Below are positions 19,643-29,081 of a DNA stretch of 64,000 bases, piece by piece. Origin of the DNA: a virus (lineage: Duplodnaviria; Heunggongvirae; Uroviricota; Caudoviricetes); IMG/VR virus record IMGVR_UViG_3300005528_000049, one strand, 5' to 3'. A program made the translations under genes and the position numbers. A model generated the notes under the pieces. The model saw nothing but the letters and a program-made list of their open reading frames with translations, made no database searches and was not told where the DNA came from. Numbering within the stretch: the first letter of the stretch is position 1; every line of letters starts with the position of its first letter.

Positions 19643-21737
19643 TAGTAATATATATTCTTATATTACTACTCAAGAGTTGTTAGAACAAATAATAGATGTT
19701 CTAACAACTCTTTCAAAAGAAGAAGTGGTAAATGTTGGTATTGACTTTGAAGGCTATGTTAAAGATGAATATAGACTTGTAAGCTCAGGTTTAGATTGCT
19801 ACTGTAATAAGCTAAGACTTATAAGTATTAATTGGATTGGTAATGATGGCCCAACAGTTGTAGTTGAATTAAATACTGTTGATATACTGCCCTTCTTAAA
19901 TCTAATAAAGAATAATAATAGATTTATTGTATGGGCGCATAATGCAACCTTTGAAATAAGACAGATTAAACATCACTATAATATTGAAATGAACAATATA
20001 TACTGTTCAATGGTTATGTTTAATACTTTATATGTATCTATTGGATGGAGACAAAGTAAGTTGGCAATTGGTAGTAGTTTAGGCTCTATCATGAGACACT
20101 TTGCAGGAGTTGTAATGGATAAAACATTACAAACATCTGATTGGTCTAGCCCTATTCTTAGTAAAGCTCAGTTGGAATATTCAGCAATGGATGTTAATAC
20201 TAAGTGGTTAGAATTATGTATAAATGTTAAAGAAAGTCTTATAAGTTATTATGAACAAGAGTATGCATTTAATCTAGATCAAGATGCAATGAGAATCTTA
20301 GCTATTGTTGAGTATGTTGGTTTTAATATTGATAAAGTTAAGATGAATAGCTTTATTAAAGAATTAGAACAACTATCTAATGATACTAAGATTAAGTTAG
20401 CAAGACAATTAGATCAGCCATTATCAGTGTCTTTAGTTGAAGATGAGGATGGTATCTTACAACAATCTTTAACAGTATCTCCTATAGTAACAACTATTTT
20501 TAATAATCCTAAGAAGTTAGGTACTATTATTAATAGTAAGTTCAAAGTTAATTTAACTGCTTTGAACGCTGCTATTATGAAAGAGTTTCTTTCTAATCAA
20601 GATGATGATGAAGATGAGGAAGACACTGATGATGTAGATTTAGAAATGATATCTAATAAGCAAGATGCAAAGGAGGTTATAAATACTTTTATTGTATATA
20701 AAAGACAGGAAAAACTAATAACAGAGATTAGTAAATATAACTCTATTGTTAGTCCAATAACTGGTGCTTTACATGCTACTACTAATCCTGTGGGGGCTGG
20801 AACTGGTAGAATGTCATCTTCTTCTAGTATTATTGTTGGTGATAAAAAGTTTAAGATGAATTTACAACAGGTAATTGCTAGAGGCAATTATGACATTAGA
20901 AGCGGTTTTATAGCTAGACAAGATTATGTTATTGCTGGCATTGACTTTAGTTCACAAGAAGTATTAACTGCAATGGCTTATGCTAAAGATGAAGCGGGTT
21001 TAGCACCCTTTTATCAAAAGAAAAAACAGTTATATCTATTAGATAATAATGGAAATCAAATACTTAATAAGAAAGGTAAACCTGTAGAAGATCCTTATAC
21101 TGATCCTCATACTGTAGCTGCTATGGGCTTATGTCCAGCTTTAAAGAATTATCCAGCAGAACTTATTAGAGAAATGGCTGAGGGTAATCATAAGAATTTT
21201 AAATATACTTATAATAATAAAGATCTATTATATTTAGATGTATATAATAAATCTATAAATGATCTACAAACCTATTTAGGATGTAGTATTGAAGAAGCTA
21301 CTAATATTATTAATATATTAAGTAGTATACCTTCTTCTACAGACTTCAGATTTCAAGGGAAGATTTTAAACTTTAGTGTTATTTATGGTAAGACTGAACA
21401 AGGTTTATCTGAAGACTTAAAATGTTCTGTTGAAGATGCAGCTAAAGTATTACATAGTTATTTTAGTCAATTCTTTAAGCTTAAAGAGTGGCTTGATAAT
21501 AGTGCTAAAGAAGCAATTAGATGTAAAAGAATAAGGCTACCAACTGGCAGATGGTTATGGGTAGATGAATCTAATTCAAAGGGAAATGATGCTTCAGCTC
21601 AAAGAAAGGGTCCAAATGGATATGTTCAAGGATTTTGTGCTGATCAACTAAAAGTAACCCTGCCATATGTTAGAAAGTATTTAGAAGAAGTAAATAATAG
21701 ATACAAAGTTAGAAATTGTATTGTAGCTTTAGTGCAT
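19635..21737 (+). CDS. DNA polymerase, family A, exon 1 (3'-5' exonuclease + polymerase domains up to motif C His)
   Basis: Exo I motif VGIDFEGYV (DxE); motif B-like GKILNFSVIYGKTEQG (KxxxNFxxxYG); ORF stops 8 codons after ...IVALVH, where the motif C HDE triad should continue. Confidence 0.8.
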
Positions 21738-22770
21738 AGCCCTTATCATTGTGCACTTTAAACCCTGTTATGCTATAATTAAAATATAGTTTTAGTTTAA
21801 TGTAATGGAAACAATTTATTTGCGTGGAAAAGAAGTTTTATTAGACAAGTCAACAGTAGATTTACTTGACTTATTAAATGTCAAATTATTTATTGCACCT
21901 TCAGAAGATTATGTAGGATGCTACTTTAATAGACGAAGTATGTATTTACATCAATTTTTGATGTGTCCTTTAAAAGGATATGTTGTTGATCATCTTGATA
22001 GAAATAAATTAAATAACTGTCTTTCTAATTTGAAAGTAGTTACATATTCTGTAAACATACATAACAGATTAAGGGCTAAACCTTTAAGTGGTTATTATGG
22101 AATTAGAGAAAAGATTCTTAAAGATGGTACTACTTCATATGCAGTATTAATAGCTAATTCAGGAATTACTTATCATAGAACCTTCTCAAATATTGAATCA
22201 GCAATAAAGTATTATGACTTAAAAGCTTTAGAATTATTTGAGAGCAGTGCTGTTTTAAACAACCCAGATACAATATTTTCTTTAGAAGAATTAAATTCTT
22301 TAGAAGAAGAAAGTAGAATTACTTCTCTAAGAGGTAAAAACTCTAGAAAGTTAAATGGGGATAAAAAGGGTGGCTTTTCTTTTAAAACTGAAAGAAATAG
22401 ATGGGAAGTAAGAACCTGGAATGGAAACAAAATGAAGCGTAAATATTTTCATACCAAACAAGAAGCAGAAGATTATTTTAAAGTGGCTTTGCTGGAAACC
22501 CCTTAGAGCTTCTTAACTACAAAGCAATTAGGAATAATATACTTGATAGTTATAAAAACTAAGAAGATTGGGCAATCAGCAGGGGGATATAAAGATCTTG
22601 TATCTCCTTCAACGACTATCAAAAAGGTACATAATTATTATGTATAACTGAGTAGAGTAAGGTACAGTGTATCTGAAAAGCAGGGAGTATAGAAATATAC
22701 TATGATATAGTCTGATCTTATATGAAAGTATAAGAGTGTTAAAGGAAACGTTTAGCATGTAACATAAATG
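21738..22770 (+). mobile_element. putative group I intron interrupting the DNA polymerase gene, carrying an HNH-AP2 homing endonuclease ORF
   Basis: 5' exon ends with U (..GUGCAU); the intron start contains GUGCAC able to pair with the exon end (P1 with U.G at the splice site); the intron ends with G (..AAAUG); the downstream exon resumes exactly with DEIVYELHKD, completing the motif C HDE triad (compare Klenow VHDELVFEVHKDD). Confidence 0.55.
21805..22506 (+). CDS. HNH homing endonuclease with AP2-type DNA-binding domain (intron-encoded)
   Basis: GYVVDHLDRNKLNNCLSNLKVVT (HNH_3-type motif); YYGIREK...DGTTSYAVLIANSGITYHRTFSNIESAIKYY is a classic AP2 domain of phage homing endonucleases. Confidence 0.75.
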   Translation: METIYLRGKEVLLDKSTVDLLDLLNVKLFIAPSEDYVGCYFNRRSMYLHQFLMCPLKGYVVDHLDRNKLNNCLSNLKVVTYSVNIHNRLRAKPLSGYYGIREKILKDGTTSYAVLIANSGITYHRTFSNIESAIKYYDLKALELFESSAVLNNPDTIFSLEELNSLEEESRITSLRGKNSRKLNGDKKGGFSFKTERNRWEVRTWNGNKMKRKYFHTKQEAEDYFKVALLETP

Positions 22771-22932
22771 GATGAAATTGTATATGAGTTGCATAAAGAC
22801 TCAGCAGAAGAAGTGGGAAATAAACTAAGAGATATGATGGAAACAATACAAGGTGATATGTTAAAGCAATACTTTGATTGTGAGACTGGTGGTTTTAGTA
22901 GTTTAACAATTGCTCCTTGTTGGAAGAAATAA
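22771..22932 (+). CDS. DNA polymerase family A, exon 2 (motif C to C-terminus)
   Basis: DEIVYELHKDSAEEVGNKLRDMME... aligns to Pol I ...HDELVFEVHKDDVDAVAKQIHQLME...; 53 codons, ends TAA; the ATG just upstream is preceded by an in-frame TAA, so it is unlikely to be an independent gene. Confidence 0.6.
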   Translation, partial: DEIVYELHKDSAEEVGNKLRDMMETIQGDMLKQYFDCETGGFSSLTIAPCWKK

Positions 22933-23273
22933 TATGACAGAAGATATAAGTATTAAGAAACTATATAAGTTTAACTTAAACCATCTTTATGGTATCTTAG
23001 AAGGTTTATTTGTCTCAACATAGGTAGAAGTTAAAAATATTATTGGTTCTACTTTATATTTAGGAGAAGTTGCTGGTAAACATAGTGAGGTTATAAAAGT
23101 CTTAGAATAGGACCATTTAATAGAGTTAGATGTAAGTCAACTTACTATTGAAAACTTATTAAATGCTAATAATAGAGAGACTAATATTTGTGGTTGTAAT
23201 CCTTTTGACTATTTAGAAGAAAGATAAGTTATACTTTAAGTCTGTATTTAATGAAAAATACTTGAAATAAATT

Positions 23274-23843
23274 ATGACAAATTTAAATAAAATTACTAGC
23301 TTAGATTATATTAGAGATACAATTTATAACTCTAAGTTTTCTACTTGGCTGATTAATAATTATTTGACCAGTCTTTTAACTAAAGATGATTGGAAATTAA
23401 AAACAGTTGATAGTAATATATTCTTTGATTTAAATGTTTCTACTGGTGTTAGTTTTATAAGAACTAAGTTTAATGTAGGAGTTATTCATATTGCAACTGA
23501 ATCTGACTTAGATCAGGTGATTGAAAAGATTATGGAATATGGAGAAAGACCTGATTTAATAGCTAATCTTTTTTCAGAGACTATTAACTCAAATGGTGTT
23601 GTGTTTTTACAGCTAACTTATGAGACAAACATATATCAAGGTATGGACTTAGTTCCTTTCTTTAATCTTATCTTTGATCAAATTGAAATAATTAAAGAAG
23701 ATGTTAGATATATGCTTAACTTAAAGATTGTAGATCCTAAGAACTTAGCTAGAAGTGATGAGTATGAAGATGATGATAGTGAAGATGATGATGGCTTAAG
23801 TGATGATCTTATAAGTCCTTATGACGTAAAAGGAGATTCTTAA
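23274..23843 (+). CDS. hypothetical protein with acidic C-terminal tail
   Basis: 189 aa ending EYEDDDSEDDDGLSDDLISPYDVKGDS; location in the replication module suggests a DNA-metabolism accessory (SSB-like tail?), unproven. Confidence 0.45.
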   Translation: MTNLNKITSLDYIRDTIYNSKFSTWLINNYLTSLLTKDDWKLKTVDSNIFFDLNVSTGVSFIRTKFNVGVIHIATESDLDQVIEKIMEYGERPDLIANLFSETINSNGVVFLQLTYETNIYQGMDLVPFFNLIFDQIEIIKEDVRYMLNLKIVDPKNLARSDEYEDDDSEDDDGLSDDLISPYDVKGDS

Positions 23844-24970
23844 TGTTATTTACAATTACAGATATCACTAGATTCAAAAATACTGCTAAACAGGCAATAA
23901 GCTTAGCAAATAATAAAACTGCATCCTCCTTAGAACAATGTGTAGAAGTAACTGTCATAGGTGATCAGTTAAGCTTTACTGCTGTTAATAGTAATTATGG
24001 TGCTAAGTTCTTATATCCCTTAGAAGGTAATAGCAATGTAGATGGAACCTGCTTAATTCACTTTACCAAGTTGTCATTGTTACTAAGTAAAATACCAACA
24101 AAAGCATCTTACTTAAAAGTTAGTTTAAAGAATAATGTATTAAACTTTAGTCTTTTAAATATGGGTTCTATTGGTGAATCTATTTGGATTGATAATACTA
24201 GTCTGCATAATTCAGACTTCTTAGATGAGAATAAATATATTGTATTAGATGAAGACAATACTACTCTTATTCCTCATTTATTATCTGTTAGTGATATTGC
24301 TAAGACTTGTGATAGCAGTGTTATTGGCTTTAAAGGTGACAGCAAAGAGTTAGTCATTAGTGGCAAGTTTGGCATAACAGGTAATAACTTGTTTATGTCT
24401 AAATTAGACTCTATTGGAAATATAACTTTTGCTATTAAACCTGTTCTATTAAATAGTAGTTTATCCTTTCTAGGCAGCTCTGTAACTATAGGTTATAACA
24501 ATAATAATAAGTGGCTAATGTTTAGCTCTGATAAAGGAGTTGTATGTTATAAGAGTCTTAGTTCTATAGTTAATATAGAAAAGACTATTAATAATATATA
24601 TGCATTAGAAGCTGGTGGATGTATTACAGTTAAGAGATCAGAGTTAGACTTGGCTATTGGTTTTCACACTGAAGGTGATTATATTTGTTTAAATAGTGAT
24701 AAAAGTAATACTTTACTAGAGGTTTTTAGTACCACTAGTAAAGAGCCAGCAAAGTTAAAGCCAGAGTTATATGATGGTAATTTTGTTGATGTTAGATTAG
24801 AAGTTAATCACATTAAACAAGCACTTAGCCTTACTAATAATAACTGTCCAGGAGTTACTATTAATCAAAGAGTTACAGCTCTAGTTGATACAGATATTAC
24901 TATTTTAGTAATAAATAGTCCTGATAGTGGGGCTATTGAAACAACAACAATTGTATATACATGTATATAA
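23843..24970 (+). CDS. putative sliding clamp (DnaN-like)
   Basis: 375 aa, typical beta-clamp length; N-terminus MLFTITDITRFKNTAKQAISLA resembles DnaN MKFTxEREHLLKPLQQV; sits directly upstream of the clamp-loader gene. Confidence 0.4.
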   Translation: MLFTITDITRFKNTAKQAISLANNKTASSLEQCVEVTVIGDQLSFTAVNSNYGAKFLYPLEGNSNVDGTCLIHFTKLSLLLSKIPTKASYLKVSLKNNVLNFSLLNMGSIGESIWIDNTSLHNSDFLDENKYIVLDEDNTTLIPHLLSVSDIAKTCDSSVIGFKGDSKELVISGKFGITGNNLFMSKLDSIGNITFAIKPVLLNSSLSFLGSSVTIGYNNNNKWLMFSSDKGVVCYKSLSSIVNIEKTINNIYALEAGGCITVKRSELDLAIGFHTEGDYICLNSDKSNTLLEVFSTTSKEPAKLKPELYDGNFVDVRLEVNHIKQALSLTNNNCPGVTINQRVTALVDTDITILVINSPDSGAIETTTIVYTCI

Positions 24971-25148
24971 ATTTATGTTAAGTCCAGAACAAAGAGCTTT
25001 GTATAGATCTCAGTTAATTGCTTATTACTTTAATAAGCAAAAGAATAAAGATGAAAATACTATGGCTAAAATTAGAAGGCAGATTGTTAATCAAGATGAT
25101 AAAGCATTAACTGATAATTATAATTTAATTCCTGACATGCCTAAATGA
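24927..25148 (+). CDS. hypothetical small protein
   Basis: 73-aa ORF. Confidence 0.3.
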   Translation: MGLLKQQQLYIHVYKFMLSPEQRALYRSQLIAYYFNKQKNKDENTMAKIRRQIVNQDDKALTDNYNLIPDMPK

Positions 25149-25360
25149 AAAATGAATTATTAGTTCAACTATTAGACTCTAAATTGCATACAGATCAAGC
25201 AGCAATAGTTGAACAAGCTTTACTAGATATCTTAATTAATGAGAGAGCAGAAACTGCCCTTGTTAGAATAAAAGATGAAGTATATAGAGAAGTAGAAGAT
25301 ATGTCTAGACAAGATATTATTAACTTGTTAAAGGAAAAATTAGAATGTCATGATGAATAA
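25145..25360 (+). CDS. hypothetical small protein
   Basis: 71-aa ORF, overlapping start/stop. Confidence 0.35.
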   Translation: MKNELLVQLLDSKLHTDQAAIVEQALLDILINERAETALVRIKDEVYREVEDMSRQDIINLLKEKLECHDE

Positions 25361-25574
25361 TACAACATTAAGTATTAACTTGCTTAAAGAATTATTAAAT
25401 ACTGATTTAACTTCAGAGCAGCTTAAATTATTAGATACATTTTTAATTGATAATCTAGTTAAAGATGCAGTAGATCCTTTTAAACAAAGGATTGAAAAAA
25501 GTGTTATAACTGGCGCTAGAGCAATGACACATGATATTAAAACTGATGAACTAATAAAATATTTAGGTATTTAA
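25350..25574 (+). CDS. hypothetical small protein
   Basis: 74-aa ORF. Confidence 0.35.
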   Translation: MMNNTTLSINLLKELLNTDLTSEQLKLLDTFLIDNLVKDAVDPFKQRIEKSVITGARAMTHDIKTDELIKYLGI

Positions 25575-25575
25575 A

Positions 25576-26205
25576 TTGACTTATAGAGCTATAGGATTAC
25601 CTAATACTTGTTCTAATTGTCATTTATCTAATCCCAGAATACCACCAATTTGGGGGCAAGCAGAAATACCTCTTAGTAATATAAGAGGTATTATTATATC
25701 TGCTTATAGTGGCAAAGAAGAAGAGAAAGAAAAGAAAGTATTAGTTGAAGCGCCTGGATATTTGAATGCTGGTGGATTTCTTAGAAGAGTTATTAGAAGT
25801 ATTACAGATGATATTGATATAGATAATAACTTCTTTTTTACAAATGCTCTTAGTTGTAGTGTTAAAAACAATAAGAAGGAAACAAAAACTTGTATAGAGA
25901 AGTGTGGTAATTGGACACAGTTTGAAATATCTAAATGTAATAGTAAAGCTCCAATATTAGTGGCTTCTTCAGAGGCTGTTACTCAATTATTTGGTAGTAA
26001 AGCTAGTATAAGTAAGCTAAGAAATGAAGTAGGATTGACATATGCTGGCAGACCATGTGTGGTTACTTGGAATCCAATTACTCCTCTTAGATACTTGCCA
26101 AAGAATGAAGATGAAACTCCTGTTTTACCAGTGCCAATATATAGTCATACTTGGTTATTTAAACAGGATATGATAAGATTTTTAACTTTGGCTGGAGTTA
26201 TATGA
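25576..26205 (+). CDS. uracil-DNA glycosylase superfamily protein (family 4-like, possible Fe-S)
   Basis: VEAPGYLNAGGFLRRV resembles the UDG family-4 motif GE(A/G)PG..x..aG..L; Cys pattern CSNC...C...C compatible with a 4Fe-4S site; the C-terminal HPS motif is replaced by NPI. Confidence 0.4.
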   Translation: MTYRAIGLPNTCSNCHLSNPRIPPIWGQAEIPLSNIRGIIISAYSGKEEEKEKKVLVEAPGYLNAGGFLRRVIRSITDDIDIDNNFFFTNALSCSVKNNKKETKTCIEKCGNWTQFEISKCNSKAPILVASSEAVTQLFGSKASISKLRNEVGLTYAGRPCVVTWNPITPLRYLPKNEDETPVLPVPIYSHTWLFKQDMIRFLTLAGVI

Positions 26206-27254
26206 TTAATTGGAATGATTATAAGGGACAATCTAATGCTGTTTCTTATATGAAGAAATGTGTTAGTAAGAATAGGTTTCCTTCTGCATTGCTTATTACT
26301 GGGCCACCAGGGGTGGGTAAAAGTTTATTAACAGAGTTAAGTATTAGATCTTTATTGTGTTCTAGTAAGGAAGAAAAGCCTTGTGGAGAATGTGTTTATT
26401 GTAATACTAATATTAGAGAGTTAGATAATGTTAAATGGAGACAGATATCTAACTTAGATGGCATGACAGACTTATTGGGTGAAATAAACCTCTGGGCTAA
26501 AGAAGCACCTTTATATTTAAATGATATTGGCTTTACCAGAAAGTTTGTTGTGTTAGATGAAATACAGTTGTTAAATAGTACTCACATACAAAGTCTGTTA
26601 GGTTATATAGATACAACTCCTGAAACAACCACTTGGATTCTTATATCAATGGATCTAAGTAAGCTATCTAATACAATCTTAGATGCTTTATCTAGTAGAT
26701 GTAAGGAGCTAGAATTAAATAGTCATACAACTAAAGACTGTATTGATTATGTGTTGGATAACTGGCCATATAACTACAAAGATGCAAAACTATTAGCTCT
26801 ATTATCTGATGGTAATATGAGAAAAATTAGTAGTCTGATAGAGTATTGTGCAGGAGTTGATAGTACTAGAAGTATTAGCAACATCCTTATTGGTGGAGCT
26901 ACAGATAGACAATCTTTTTGGCACGCTTTATATAATAAAAACTATAAAGCCGCAATTAATATTTGTGAATTGTGGTTGAGAAATACAAATCCAACAGTGC
27001 TGCTTAAGATATTAATAGATGATATAATAGAACAAATTACTAATAATCCTTCAGTAGATTTAATACATGATTTAGATCTATTAATTAAATATAATTCAAA
27101 CAATATTAAAGTCTCTTTACCAAACTATATAAGTTTGTTAAGAGGTTTCAAACAACAAGAAAATAGAGAAGTTATCCAAAAGATAAGAACTTTAGATAGC
27201 TTTTATAGTTTTAAATCGTTGGAGGATTATTATATTGAGCATTGTATATATTAA
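26202..27254 (+). CDS. clamp loader ATPase subunit (DnaX/RFC-like AAA+)
   Basis: Walker A LLITGPPGVGKSLL; zinc module CGECVYC directly after, as in the DnaX gamma/tau N-terminal domain; SRC-like region SRCKEL. Confidence 0.65.
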   Translation: MINWNDYKGQSNAVSYMKKCVSKNRFPSALLITGPPGVGKSLLTELSIRSLLCSSKEEKPCGECVYCNTNIRELDNVKWRQISNLDGMTDLLGEINLWAKEAPLYLNDIGFTRKFVVLDEIQLLNSTHIQSLLGYIDTTPETTTWILISMDLSKLSNTILDALSSRCKELELNSHTTKDCIDYVLDNWPYNYKDAKLLALLSDGNMRKISSLIEYCAGVDSTRSISNILIGGATDRQSFWHALYNKNYKAAINICELWLRNTNPTVLLKILIDDIIEQITNNPSVDLIHDLDLLIKYNSNNIKVSLPNYISLLRGFKQQENREVIQKIRTLDSFYSFKSLEDYYIEHCIY

Positions 27255-27927
27255 ATCCTCTGAGGATTTATACTTTTGCTATAAGTATAATCCTATTATA
27301 ATTACTACTACTGTTGAAGCTAATTATATTGATAATATAAATAGAAGCAGCCCTTCTTATAATGATGAAGGGCTTATAAATTATAGTTGCTATTTAATAA
27401 GAAAGTATAAAGGAAAGCTTGTACAACATAAATCAAATAATCTAATATTTGTTGTTGATGATAAGCTATCTAAAAGTAGGTTGGGCTTTAGTGACTTTAA
27501 TTATTTATTGCAAGATAAGTTAGAACTATTTGATTTGGCAGGGTTTAACTTTTTTACTGATCTATGTAAAAAATGGTCTAACCCTAAAAAATGGGTAGAA
27601 GAATTAGAATATTTGGAGTCTTTAAATGAAGTAATAACTGTTAAGACTTTAAATATTTTATATGTTAATAGTAGAGTAGATGTGTGGAAATATCTCAATT
27701 CTATTGGTAGAGATGGTAATAATTATAGCCTTATTTTAAGTTTGGAATCTAATACTTTGTGGTATTTATTTATGATAAAAGGTGTACTAAGCACCGTTAG
27801 AAATATAGATCCACAGGTTTTATCTTATTTTGAGTTGTTAAAACTAAGAGTGTTAGATAATAATTTGAGTCTTAAGTTTGCATTAATTTACTTAGAAATA
27901 TATGCACAAACAAGAGAACAATTTTAA
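27235..27927 (+). CDS. hypothetical protein (possible clamp-loader accessory subunit)
   Basis: 230 aa, overlaps the 3' end of the clamp loader; no ATPase motifs. Confidence 0.4.
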   Translation: MSIVYIKSSEDLYFCYKYNPIIITTTVEANYIDNINRSSPSYNDEGLINYSCYLIRKYKGKLVQHKSNNLIFVVDDKLSKSRLGFSDFNYLLQDKLELFDLAGFNFFTDLCKKWSNPKKWVEELEYLESLNEVITVKTLNILYVNSRVDVWKYLNSIGRDGNNYSLILSLESNTLWYLFMIKGVLSTVRNIDPQVLSYFELLKLRVLDNNLSLKFALIYLEIYAQTREQF

Positions 27928-27929
27928 TA

Positions 27930-29081
27930 ATGGCTGAAACTATTGCACAAGTAGATGAATTTATGAGACTAGCTGCTGAGCTAGGTATTGAAGATACATC
28001 TAGTAAGACTAATATTAGTACTGGAAAGAAGGATTTTGGTGGAATTACACCTTATAATATAGTTCCTAAAGATTTCTATAAGGTTACAAAGCAAAAAGTA
28101 TTTACCTTTGAATATCCCTATGTTAAGGCTTCTACACCTGAACAAGAAGCTAGTGGTAAGAATTTACTAACAGCCTTCTATGATAAAGAGTTAGATAGAG
28201 AAATTGTGCCAACTTCTATCAAAGGTTATGCTGTAGAGTTTAATGATAGACATAGTTTGAGTGAGTTTAGTGATGGAAAATATACTAACTATTGTTCTGT
28301 TATTGGACAAAAGGTAGGAGATATGGTTACCAATGAACCAATCATTGTTCCAGTTAAATGGATGTATAGCAAGGGAAGTACTACTGGACATAGAATTCCT
28401 AGTGATTCATTTGCTAATCAAAATGCAGTTGGTTCTAATGGCATGTTATGTGTTGATTGTATTAAACAAGGATGCAATCAAAACTTGGCAAAAGATGGTA
28501 AGCCAAACTGGTGTAAAGAAAAGGGTGTAGTAGTTATGTATATAACACACCTTGGAGTATTTAATAAGAAGTCTCAGTCAGTTGTTTATACTGCAGTCTC
28601 TGATATTTTCTTTGCAAGTAGTTGGGATTTAGCTGCAAAGAATCAAACAGCTATTAGAATGAACTTTATTCCTACTTATATTGATTTGAGTGGTTCTCAT
28701 ATTCAAGGCTCCTTTGCTGATCCTGCTACAAATCAAGAAGCAATTGATGGCTTTGGTGGCTTCTTTGAAAAGGTAAAGAAAGCATCTGCTGCTTCTAACT
28801 TCTTTAACTTGATTCAATGGAAATTAGAAGTTAATGTATTTAATAAGCCTGGTCAAAGCTATTCAACTCTGTCTTTTAATTCAGATGGTGGATATGATAC
28901 TGCTGAATTAGGTCTTATTGTACAACACTGGAAAGCTAATAAGCCTGAGTTTGTATTACAAGAAGTACCATTTAATAAGTTTACTACAGAGTTAAGAGGA
29001 AACTATGCACCTCCTTCTGAAGAAGAAGTTAAAGAACAAAAAGAACAAACAGAAGCTAAGTTAGACATAAGTAATTTTTAA
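27930..29081 (+). CDS. hypothetical Cys-rich protein (possible ssDNA-binding or zinc-binding replication protein)
   Basis: 383 aa; cluster CVDCIKQGCNQNLAKDGKPNWC (C-x2-C-x4-C-x12-C); position between the clamp loader and the helicases. Confidence 0.45.
   Translation: MAETIAQVDEFMRLAAELGIEDTSSKTNISTGKKDFGGITPYNIVPKDFYKVTKQKVFTFEYPYVKASTPEQEASGKNLLTAFYDKELDREIVPTSIKGYAVEFNDRHSLSEFSDGKYTNYCSVIGQKVGDMVTNEPIIVPVKWMYSKGSTTGHRIPSDSFANQNAVGSNGMLCVDCIKQGCNQNLAKDGKPNWCKEKGVVVMYITHLGVFNKKSQSVVYTAVSDIFFASSWDLAAKNQTAIRMNFIPTYIDLSGSHIQGSFADPATNQEAIDGFGGFFEKVKKASAASNFFNLIQWKLEVNVFNKPGQSYSTLSFNSDGGYDTAELGLIVQHWKANKPEFVLQEVPFNKFTTELRGNYAPPSEEEVKEQKEQTEAKLDISNF

Noticed and set aside
20597-20887. Minus-strand ORF ending in poly-Ser inside the DNA polymerase gene
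   Set aside because: Antisense to the GAT/GAA-rich acidic stretch of the polymerase; low-complexity artefact.
22609-22794. 61-aa minus ORF within the proposed intron
   Set aside because: No motif, antisense to the intron 3' region and exon 2; likely spurious.
27501-28817. Small antisense ORFs (27501..27698, 28191..28391, 28333..28530, 28629..28817)
   Set aside because: Embedded in longer plus-strand genes of the replication module.
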